A stretch of 37,152 nucleotides of DNA. It comes from Candidatus Woesearchaeota archaeon (GTDB taxonomy: Archaea > Nanobdellota > Nanobdellia > SCGC-AAA011-G17 > JAFCDX01). The stretch lies in contig JAGVZV010000009.1 of assembly GCA_018302265.1 (NCBI GenBank), forward strand, positions 1-37,152, in the 5' to 3' direction. The notes beneath the pieces are model-generated. The model ran no database searches. It was not told the origin of the DNA and saw only the letters and a program-made list of their open reading frames with translations. Position numbers and translations under genes: made by a program. Positions 17,666 through 25,467 of the stretch are shown here, in pieces; within the stretch, counting starts at the first letter, position 1; every line of letters starts with the position of its first letter.

Positions 17666-18394
17666 TTAACTCAATCCTACAGATTCCAAAACAAATTTTA
17701 TTTCCATTTGCCGTAATGTGCACGGATTTTTTATTGATGATACATCAAACTTTATTAAGTTATCGCTTTTAGAACCTAATAATTTTGTTTCAACATTGCA
17801 AGCATCCACTGTCTTGCCATTGTTTATGCAAGTCAGATATTTTTTTGCCAGTATTACTGTATCAGTGTAATCTTTTATGTTTGACGCTATTTTTTTGTTT
17901 AAATCAACTTTAAAATCATATTTTACACTGATTATTGATTTATCATCTATAGTTTCAATCAAAATCGGGTCTGAAACAAGGAAAAATCCATCATCTGACA
18001 ACTTGAAGGTGTACTTAAGGTTCTTCAATCTTGTATTGTAACTTATATACCTTCTAAAATTTTCATCAAAATACTTGTTAAATGAATTTACCATATTGTT
18101 GTCTGGATTGCAATTATCCGGATTAAAACTCCAAAGGGGATAATTTCCCTTTAAACAGCCAACTCCTTTATTAGAAAGATCTTCCATGGAATCGCAAAAT
18201 GCCAGTCTTGCAGAATCCTCTACAAAGAAATAATCCTTTTCATTTTCAATCAGAGTATTTATTATAAATCCTGCTCTTTCTCCTACCAATTCATCTCTCT
18301 CCTTTATTTTATTCTTATAAAATGTATATCCTAATATGCCCACTATTAAAATTGTGAAAATTGCTATCATTGGCAAAAATTGTCCTTTTTTCAT
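17666..18394 (-). CDS. Pilin-like protein with class III signal peptide
   Basis: MKKG/QFLPMIAIFTILIVGILG; Cys pairs in the globular part. Confidence 0.75.
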   Translation of the reverse strand: MKKGQFLPMIAIFTILIVGILGYTFYKNKIKERDELVGERAGFIINTLIENEKDYFFVEDSARLAFCDSMEDLSNKGVGCLKGNYPLWSFNPDNCNPDNNMVNSFNKYFDENFRRYISYNTRLKNLKYTFKLSDDGFFLVSDPILIETIDDKSIISVKYDFKVDLNKKIASNIKDYTDTVILAKKYLTCINNGKTVDACNVETKLLGSKSDNLIKFDVSSIKNPCTLRQMEIKFVLESVGLS

Positions 18395-18395
18395 T

Positions 18396-18920
18396 TTATC
18401 CTGCAACAGTATATTCTGTAGTATACGACTTATCTTGCTCTCCTGTTTCCAAAGAGACCGATATTGTAGCTCCTTCCTGGAACGGAATAAATTGTTTTGC
18501 GCTTAGCGAGGGTTCATCAAACTGCCCTTTTTCTGCTAACAGAGTATCTCCTATTTTTAATTTGTAATTATAACTTTTAAAAACCGCATCCATAATTTTT
18601 TTTGTTTCTTCTTTCATTGGAGTTTCATACTTAAGCTTGTTTATACTGTACAATCTTGCTAAATCAGAAATAGTAATGTATGTATTTTCTACAACAATTG
18701 GAGTTCTCAAATAGTTCAGCAATATAAGATCTAAATCAAGTCTGTCCTGCGCAGTAATACTCTGTTGTATTGGACCATAGGAGGGTAATTTTGATTTAAC
18801 TGCAAGGGGGGTTACAAAAAAAAACCAGTAAAACAATAATGTTAGTATAATTAGCAAAAATGCTACCATACCAAAGATTGCCAGTTCCTGACCCTTTTTA
18901 TTTAGTACGATCTTCTGCAC
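18396..18920 (-). CDS. Pilin-like protein with class III signal peptide (start uncertain: GTG 18920 or 18944)
   Basis: NKKG/QELAIFGMVAFLLIILTLLF. Confidence 0.7.
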   Translation of the reverse strand: MQKIVLNKKGQELAIFGMVAFLLIILTLLFYWFFFVTPLAVKSKLPSYGPIQQSITAQDRLDLDLILLNYLRTPIVVENTYITISDLARLYSINKLKYETPMKEETKKIMDAVFKSYNYKLKIGDTLLAEKGQFDEPSLSAKQFIPFQEGATISVSLETGEQDKSYTTEYTVAG

Positions 18921-19422
18921 CCCCACCACCCATGCTTCCACCACTTAATGTTGGAAGTATTACTGTTTGCTCTTGATTTATTATTGAATACTCAAATATG
19001 ACAGGTTTATCAATTAGCAGCAAATAATCTGAAGAAGAATAACAACTTAATTTTTCATTTTGTATTTTTGCACTGCACAATGGAAAATCTGAAATAAATT
19101 TATCTTTATTTATATATTTATCATTGAGTGCCTTTCCATTTAGATCTCTAAGAGTGACATTTATTTCAAGATTTCCAAAATCAAAACAATTTTCCAGCTT
19201 ATCCAGTTCAGATGTGTCTATAATTCCAAAGTGATCATTATAAGCAAGACAATTATATATATTATACATGATTAGTTGAGATTCGAATTTCTTTACATCT
19301 ATTTTTCTTGATAATACCATAGAAATACCGCCAACAATAACTAAGAGAATTATTATTAGAATACCTATTCTTAAGAACCACAAAGGCATATCCATTGCAA
19401 TATTAAATTGTCCCTTTTTCAT
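18898..19422 (-). CDS. Pilin-like protein with class III signal peptide
   Basis: MKKG/QFNIAMDMPLWFLRIGILIIILLVIVGG. Confidence 0.75.
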   Translation of the reverse strand: MKKGQFNIAMDMPLWFLRIGILIIILLVIVGGISMVLSRKIDVKKFESQLIMYNIYNCLAYNDHFGIIDTSELDKLENCFDFGNLEINVTLRDLNGKALNDKYINKDKFISDFPLCSAKIQNEKLSCYSSSDYLLLIDKPVIFEYSIINQEQTVILPTLSGGSMGGGGAEDRTK

Positions 19423-19807
19423 TGGATATTTTTATAATATTCCCCTCCTTTTTGAAATTTATAAATAAACTTTTTATATCGTTGTTTTTAAAATCTAAAT
19501 CGCTAAAACAATACAATGAATAAGGATTTAATTTTTCATCCTGTTCATTTGCACTGATAATACATGGTTTATTATTAAATGATATTGAATAACCCTCTTT
19601 TGCAAATGATGTTTTTACATTCAAATCAATTGGAGATGCAGATATAGAATCTATTAGAAAGGCAGAATCTATTGCAAGCCTTTGCATTTCGTATCTAGCA
19701 TCTTCTCTTACTTGGACAATGAAGCTAATTACTATTGCTCCTACTACAGCAGCGAGTACTATATAGAATAAGAACAGATACTCTTTTTCCTGGCCCCTTT
19801 TATCCAT
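19403..19807 (-). CDS. Pilin-like protein with class III signal peptide
   Basis: MDKRG/QEKEYLFLFYIVLAAVVGAIVI. Confidence 0.72.
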   Translation of the reverse strand: MDKRGQEKEYLFLFYIVLAAVVGAIVISFIVQVREDARYEMQRLAIDSAFLIDSISASPIDLNVKTSFAKEGYSISFNNKPCIISANEQDEKLNPYSLYCFSDLDFKNNDIKSLFINFKKEGNIIKISNEKGTI

Positions 19808-19844
19808 ACTAATCAAAAATTAATTGAATTTATATTAGTTTTGA

Positions 19845-20945
19845 TTATGCAATTAATGTGCAATCATATCCATATTTATACATGTCCCCACAACCACCAA
19901 TTGTCGCAACAACCGTTGGATGAATTGGAAGGTCAATCTTAGCCCAATCAAAATTTGGAGATGGATCCCATTTTCCTATATCTGTAATTTGGTAATGTCC
20001 TTTGATATGCTCATCATCTAACTTTAGATTAGGATATCTTGGTACTATCTCTTGGATTAATTGTCTGATAGCATCATATTGTGCAGACGTATAAAGATCA
20101 TTTGCATTACCTGTATTTACTATTTCAATACCAATAGATCTAGTATTATAATTTTTGGCGTGCCAGGCTATTTTATTTTCGGGGGTTAGATAATAAATTG
20201 TTCCATCCTTATCTACAATATAATGTACAGAAAGTCCTCTCTGAATAAATGTATCATAAGCGCCTTTGAATGTAGATGACCCAGTATGATGTAACACTAT
20301 CAAATCAATTTGATCTCTCCCCCTGCAACCACCTGTTTTTAATGTGTCATAATAATTTAAATTTAAATTTATTGCTCTTTGCTCGAGTTGGAAACAGTCG
20401 AATGATTGTTTATCAATTACATCGGCTTCATTTGTATCAAATAACTGTCCAAGTGGAGTTTTTGATATAGTTAATTTATTTTTTTCTTTTTCATAATAGA
20501 TTATAAAAAAATCTTCTTCTGATTCCACATACTTTTTATCAAAACCTATTAAAGAGATTGAAGTAAAACTTAATTCTTTGCAATAATAGTTCTTTGTGCA
20601 GCTATTTTTTGCCTCGTCATACTCGCAGATGCATAACTCATTTTTATTAATCATATCTGATAATGGAGGGGCTATCCCAGGGAGATTATTTGCATTTTTA
20701 TCAAGTATAGCAAAAATGCAATTTCCCTTTCCAAACTTAATTGGAGTCTCAGATTGGACATTATCACCCAACACATTCAGTTCACTTACCATAATATCAA
20801 TAGAACTCTTGGATGCATCATCAATACATGCGGCACTTTTACCAAAGAACAAACTTGCAATTGCTTTTAATGGGAATAATAAAACCACTAAAAAAACTAG
20901 TCCGATCATAAGACCTATTAAAAAATTTTTAGTTCCCTCTTCCAT
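19845..20945 (-). CDS. Membrane-anchored, pilin-like protein with a C-terminal N-acetylmuramoyl-L-alanine amidase (Amidase_2, AmpD/AmiD-like) domain
   Basis: N-terminal hydrophobic helix; IVLHHT, SVHYIVDKDGTI, AWHA, N.RSIGIE, GH and K.DP..FDW motifs with His/His/Asp Zn ligands and catalytic Glu present. Confidence 0.9.
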   Translation of the reverse strand: MEEGTKNFLIGLMIGLVFLVVLLFPLKAIASLFFGKSAACIDDASKSSIDIMVSELNVLGDNVQSETPIKFGKGNCIFAILDKNANNLPGIAPPLSDMINKNELCICEYDEAKNSCTKNYYCKELSFTSISLIGFDKKYVESEEDFFIIYYEKEKNKLTISKTPLGQLFDTNEADVIDKQSFDCFQLEQRAINLNLNYYDTLKTGGCRGRDQIDLIVLHHTGSSTFKGAYDTFIQRGLSVHYIVDKDGTIYYLTPENKIAWHAKNYNTRSIGIEIVNTGNANDLYTSAQYDAIRQLIQEIVPRYPNLKLDDEHIKGHYQITDIGKWDPSPNFDWAKIDLPIHPTVVATIGGCGDMYKYGYDCTLIA

Positions 20946-20946
20946 T

Positions 20947-21099
20947 TTATCCTGTCAAAGATTTGATAATGCTATCAAACTTACCAGCTATTGTGCTTGC
21001 GCCGCCAGTGAATATTAATACTAAGATAACAAGAACAATTATTGCTATTATAGTTAGTATAATTGTATTTAAAGCAAGCTCAGAACCTTTTCTATTCAT
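20947..21099 (-). CDS. Small Flp-like pilin, 50 aa
   Basis: MNRKG/SELALNTIILTIIAIIVLVILVLIFTGG...; ATGA overlap with the upstream paralogue. Confidence 0.8.
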   Translation of the reverse strand: MNRKGSELALNTIILTIIAIIVLVILVLIFTGGASTIAGKFDSIIKSLTG

Positions 21100-21458
21100 T
21101 TTGAACACTGGATTACACTGCACTCTATACCTATACTGCTGCAAGTCAGTCCTTTTTCGTTTTCATCATATATACCATTAGCATTTATATCAGCTTGGAA
21201 TTCAGAAAAGCAGAAATTCTGCATAAACTGATCCCTTAGTAAGGCACTATTTGATGTCTGGTAACTAGTACAGAAGGAATTACATCTAGCATTTGCTTCT
21301 TGGAGATCTGTTAATTGAGCGCCAAAAAAGGATTGGATTTTATTGGTAAGTGAAGCCATTCCACCTGTGAAAAATAAAGCAATGATAACCAAGACAATAA
21401 CAACAAGGATTGTAATAACTATTGTGTTCATAGAAAGTGATTGTCCTCTTTTATTCAT
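21096..21458 (-). CDS. Pilin with class III signal peptide (candidate major pilin)
   Basis: MNKRG/QSLSMNTIVITILVVIVLVIIALFFTGG; C...C, FC and C....C....C disulfide pattern. Confidence 0.8.
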   Translation of the reverse strand: MNKRGQSLSMNTIVITILVVIVLVIIALFFTGGMASLTNKIQSFFGAQLTDLQEANARCNSFCTSYQTSNSALLRDQFMQNFCFSEFQADINANGIYDENEKGLTCSSIGIECSVIQCSK

Positions 21459-21486
21459 TTTAACACCTTGTTAATTATTTACTAAA

Positions 21487-22191
21487 TTAACTATTTAAAG
21501 GTTTTGGTGAACATTTGTTTAGAGAGTTTATAAAAGCCTTTCCCTCTTCTGATAGTTCATCCTTAAGTATGAAACAAATATTGTTACCCTTCTTGTAAAC
21601 CATTTTATTTCGGTCTAAAAAATCTAGGCTTACTCTTTCTGGTACAGGCTCTATTATATTTGAGATGCCCGAACCAACTTTAACTTCAGTAGCTCCAGTC
21701 TCATAAGAGAGTTTTATCGGGGATTCTGATAGAATTATATCTATTCCTTGTTTATTTGGACCGGTTATAATCTGATCTAATCCAGTTGTATAAATATTAC
21801 CGCTATCGTAAGTTACATAACAAAATATATTTTTCCCAGTCAAAGATTCTCTATTTTTGGGTATATTTGTTTCTTCTTTGGATATTACCATAGTATTCGG
21901 AGTTATAAAAGAGAGTACATACCCTGGAGAAAATGTCAGAATTTGTAGACTGCATATACACCCATCGTCATTGGAATCAAAACAATCTTTATACTGAGAA
22001 ATAATATCTTGAAATTCTCCTGAGATGTCTTTTACACTGTCTGTAGTTTGTCCTCCAAAGATACCATCTATGATATTATCTATATATTTTTGTACTCCTT
22101 CTGAAACATATCCTGCCTTCATTAAAAAAAGTACTAAAACTATTGCAACTATGACGATAATAATAATTTCTGGAACCTTTGATGTTGTCAT
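21487..22191 (-). CDS. Pilin-like membrane-anchored protein without an evident class III leader
   Basis: N-terminal EIIIIVIVAIVLVLFL helix followed by a Cys-containing globular region. Confidence 0.65.
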   Translation of the reverse strand: MTTSKVPEIIIIVIVAIVLVLFLMKAGYVSEGVQKYIDNIIDGIFGGQTTDSVKDISGEFQDIISQYKDCFDSNDDGCICSLQILTFSPGYVLSFITPNTMVISKEETNIPKNRESLTGKNIFCYVTYDSGNIYTTGLDQIITGPNKQGIDIILSESPIKLSYETGATEVKVGSGISNIIEPVPERVSLDFLDRNKMVYKKGNNICFILKDELSEEGKAFINSLNKCSPKPLNS

Positions 22192-22198
22192 TTAATTT

Positions 22199-22354
22199 TT
22201 ACCCTCCGAATCTTAATAAACTAGCAAATTTTTCTAATATAGACATAATCTTTTCTTTTGCAAAATAAATTATTGTTAAAATAAATACTAAAACAAGCAA
22301 GGCTATGAACAGCTTCATTAGTGTTTCCCATGCAAAATCCCCTTTTTTGTTCAT
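22199..22354 (-). CDS. Small Flp-like pilin, 51 aa, not in the ORF track
   Basis: Manual translation MNKKG/DFAWETLMKLFIALLVLVFILTIIYFAKEKIMSILEKFASLLRFGG*; ATGA overlap with the upstream stop. Confidence 0.82.
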   Translation of the reverse strand: MNKKGDFAWETLMKLFIALLVLVFILTIIYFAKEKIMSILEKFASLLRFGG

Positions 22355-23193
22355 TTTGATTGACACCTTTTGATTATTCCATCTGAATTAGTAACTAATA
22401 ATTGTGCAGTAAAGTCTGTAGATGGATTGTATGCTGCTTCTCCTATTAAAAGAAATCCAGCTCCTGCTGCGCCAACCTTACAAAAAAGAGGGGCGAATGG
22501 AGCAGTTATTCCTCCCATCAAGGCTAATCCTCCAGAAACAATGCACCCAGCTAAAGGCGCGCCAATTGCTATTCCTACTTCTTGGAGTTTAGTAGATCCT
22601 AAAAAATCAAATCTACTCCCGCGATTTATTAAATATACTACATAAATGGGGTTGCTTAGATCAAGTTTATTATATTCATTCAGATTAGTTTTATCGAACG
22701 TTTTTGGGTATAAAAATTCAGCATAAGTCATCCCAGAACCAAGGGGTTTTTCTTTTAACAAATAGTCTCCTAATCCAGTTATTTCCATATCTTTTAGCGA
22801 GGGATCTGTTCCAATAATCTTGCTACATAAAAAGCAATAAGTTTCTCCAGAGAAATCCCTATGAAATAAAAAATCTATTTCTCCCTTTCCAAATTGGTCC
22901 CAACAATCATACATATCATTAGCTATTAATTTTTTTACATTTTCCAAATCCTTTTTACTTTTTATAAATTTATAATCAGTGCTACATCTCAAAGGAATAT
23001 CAACAAACTCTGTTTCAGGGGTTATACTCAATTTAGTAGTCGCTTTTAATTGAACACTCTGCTTACAAACTTCTTTACTTGTAACATCTTTGGTTATATC
23101 TGACCAGGTTTTAAGGCCGTACATCATTACAATTAATCCTGCAAGTGTAACAATCAATACAACCAGTACAGCTGTTGTCATTGCCTTTTTCAT
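22351..23193 (-). CDS. Pilin-like protein with class III signal and a Gly/Ala-rich hydrophobic C-terminal hairpin
   Basis: MKKA/MTTAVLVVLIVTLAGL; CKQSV, DCW.QFG.G, CF.CS; GIAIGAPLAGCIVSGGLALMGG...GAAGAGFLLIG. Confidence 0.75.
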   Translation of the reverse strand: MKKAMTTAVLVVLIVTLAGLIVMMYGLKTWSDITKDVTSKEVCKQSVQLKATTKLSITPETEFVDIPLRCSTDYKFIKSKKDLENVKKLIANDMYDCWDQFGKGEIDFLFHRDFSGETYCFLCSKIIGTDPSLKDMEITGLGDYLLKEKPLGSGMTYAEFLYPKTFDKTNLNEYNKLDLSNPIYVVYLINRGSRFDFLGSTKLQEVGIAIGAPLAGCIVSGGLALMGGITAPFAPLFCKVGAAGAGFLLIGEAAYNPSTDFTAQLLVTNSDGIIKRCQSK

Positions 23194-23306
23194 TATAAAT
23201 CACCCACTATCAAATAAACAAGTCCAATGACTATTGCAGTCAACACACCTGCAAGTATCAAGAATAAGATTAATTTATTCAAGTTATTTGGTATCATCTC
23301 TTCCAT
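23193..23306 (-). CDS. 37-aa single-TM, pilin-like microprotein, not in the ORF track
   Basis: MEEMIPNNLNKLILFLILAGVLTAIVIGLVYLIVGDL*; TAATG coupling to the next gene; TTTTATATATAA about 20 nt upstream. Confidence 0.6.
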   Translation of the reverse strand: MEEMIPNNLNKLILFLILAGVLTAIVIGLVYLIVGDL

Positions 23307-23325
23307 GGTACATGACTCTGTTTAT

Positions 23326-23337
23326 TATATATAAAAC
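23326..23337 (-). promoter_or_regulatory. Internal TATA box ahead of the pilin array
   Basis: Minus strand TTTTATATATAA just after the platform gene stop. Confidence 0.5.
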
Positions 23338-23340
23338 TTA

Positions 23341-25467
23341 TTATAGTGTTGCGGGTATTGATTTTAAAACAGTCGAGGCTAGCAAGCTGAACAATATTAT
23401 AACAATGAATGAAACCAAGGTGTATAGTATGGCTCCACGAATCATATTCTTACCAAGCAAGTAATCCTGATTCAACCTGTCAGAACCGTTCTCTATTCCA
23501 TTTGCTAGTATTGTAAGTATGAATATAATTTCTATAACATATATTCCTACAACCAACTGAAAATAATACGGGGAAATGATCTCGCTGACATTGAATATCT
23601 GAACAAACTGCTGCACATTGTTAAATCCGGTTGCATCATTGGTTGCATTTGCTCCATAATTAGAAAAAATATCTCCCATATTTACAATAACTCCAACTAT
23701 CATTGAACCAATACCAACAACAATTCCTGCAATAACAGGAGCCATGAAGGATATCTGGGATTTCATTGAAGAAACTATTTCTGATAGCAGGTCTTTTAGT
23801 CTTTCATTAACCCTGTGTATCTCAGAAACATAAGTAGAAATGCTAATCATGGCTTGAGCAGCTATTTTTGATCCCTTTTGCACACTTTCTATCAAGACCT
23901 CCATGGAGGATTGTATGAGCGAGGAAGGATAAGACAAAATTGCTCCGGTTTTTTGATTAAATATTGCTTCCTTGATTCCCATTCCAAGATTTCTTATATT
24001 AACAGACACTATTCTAAAAAAATTTCCTGTTGGTGTTCCAGACATATTTTCTGCTACAGTTCCAAATGCTATTTCAGCAGGAACTCCGTCAGATAATCGG
24101 TTTCCTAATTGGAATAAGGAAGAGGCAAATTCATTCTCTAATTTTTTTGTTTCTTCCCTTACCTTGATCAGACCCTTACTCATCTTTCTGTAATAAATAC
24201 CAATGCCAAGCGCGATTCCAAGCGGGACTAGGAGACTTATTACAAGAGACCCAAGACCAAAAGGACCGCACTCACCCCCGCATTTATAATCCAAAAAATT
24301 ACCAAACAACCCCCCAAAGGGCATATCAAAGTTAGGATTTATGACATGCAATATAATCGGAGACAATCCTACAAATACAAACAAGAGTATAATAAAGAAT
24401 GGAAATGTAAGTGATGCATGCTCTTTCAGCAATTGTTTTTGTATATCTGTTTCTCCGTATCCTGTCGGTCTCTTGCTTAAAATTTCATAACCATATGTAA
24501 AAACAACAATGGGCAGGATGATATCATACAAGAACGCAAGATGATACCATTTTATCAGCTTTCCCATGAACGAGGCAATCAATGGAAAAATAACTAACCC
24601 CAGTATTGGAAGTATAACCCCCAGCATGTGCAGCATTGTGATTGGATTCTTCAGGTCTTGTGCATAGTGCAGCATTTTTTCATAAGTTCCCTCCAGTATC
24701 ACTTCCAGCGCTTTGTCAAGTAATTGCAATCTTCTGGCTTCTGATGCCTCAAATAAAGAAGATCCAACCAGATGAAAAGAATTAACAAATTCCAGATTAT
24801 AATCTCTCCATGTTTCTAAATAAGCATCAAGTGCGTCCTTAATGTTTGAATATCTTCCGGATTCAATATCCCAGAATATCTTTCTCAGGTCAAGTGATAA
24901 TGGGGAGCCAATATGCAGTGCAGAAAATTTTATTGCGTGCTCTAAATTCGATGTGTGCCTCATGTACATGACTATATACAGCATGCACAAGACCATCTGG
25001 TTGCTTGCCCTTAATCTCCATAAATTAGACAGATATATTGGCAAATTTGATAATGGTTTTAATATAACTGCTGCAAGTATTACAAGTATTAATGGAAAGA
25101 AAACAGACACTTCAGAGAATATGTAAGTTACTGCTAGAATAACAAGCGCCGATAATATAACAAACACAGATGCAAGCGTTGCAAGACTTGTTGCTCCTGT
25201 TGGAGTCATTTGCAAATGCGCTGTCTCTATTGCCTTCTGCAATTTTTGTGCTTGATCTGGGTTCGGGCGTATAGCAATAACTGATTCTGCTCTCTCACAT
25301 AATTTTTCATAAAGCGTGTTTGCAGTTGGTATGGCCTCTTTCCTGAAAGTTGTATATTCACGGGAGAATTCAGTATCACTCGGGATTTCTTCTTCTAGCT
25401 TAAACTCCTTCTTGAATTTATTCTCGTACTTTTTCAGTATTTCTTCTGTCTCTTTTGAAATAGTAAT
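23341..25467 (-). CDS. TadB/TadC (T2SS F-like) membrane platform protein, ~708 aa, probable ATT start
   Basis: Two T2SSF-like halves (SNLEHAI..., ALFQLGNRL-like SSLFQLGNRLSDGVPAEIA) each followed by TM helices. Frame is open from 25467, 75 codons upstream of the track start 25242; GAGGTGA 5 nt upstream of ATT. Confidence 0.8.
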   Translation of the reverse strand: MTISKETEEILKKYENKFKKEFKLEEEIPSDTEFSREYTTFRKEAIPTANTLYEKLCERAESVIAIRPNPDQAQKLQKAIETAHLQMTPTGATSLATLASVFVILSALVILAVTYIFSEVSVFFPLILVILAAVILKPLSNLPIYLSNLWRLRASNQMVLCMLYIVMYMRHTSNLEHAIKFSALHIGSPLSLDLRKIFWDIESGRYSNIKDALDAYLETWRDYNLEFVNSFHLVGSSLFEASEARRLQLLDKALEVILEGTYEKMLHYAQDLKNPITMLHMLGVILPILGLVIFPLIASFMGKLIKWYHLAFLYDIILPIVVFTYGYEILSKRPTGYGETDIQKQLLKEHASLTFPFFIILLFVFVGLSPIILHVINPNFDMPFGGLFGNFLDYKCGGECGPFGLGSLVISLLVPLGIALGIGIYYRKMSKGLIKVREETKKLENEFASSLFQLGNRLSDGVPAEIAFGTVAENMSGTPTGNFFRIVSVNIRNLGMGIKEAIFNQKTGAILSYPSSLIQSSMEVLIESVQKGSKIAAQAMISISTYVSEIHRVNERLKDLLSEIVSSMKSQISFMAPVIAGIVVGIGSMIVGVIVNMGDIFSNYGANATNDATGFNNVQQFVQIFNVSEIISPYYFQLVVGIYVIEIIFILTILANGIENGSDRLNQDYLLGKNMIRGAILYTLVSFIVIILFSLLASTVLKSIPATL

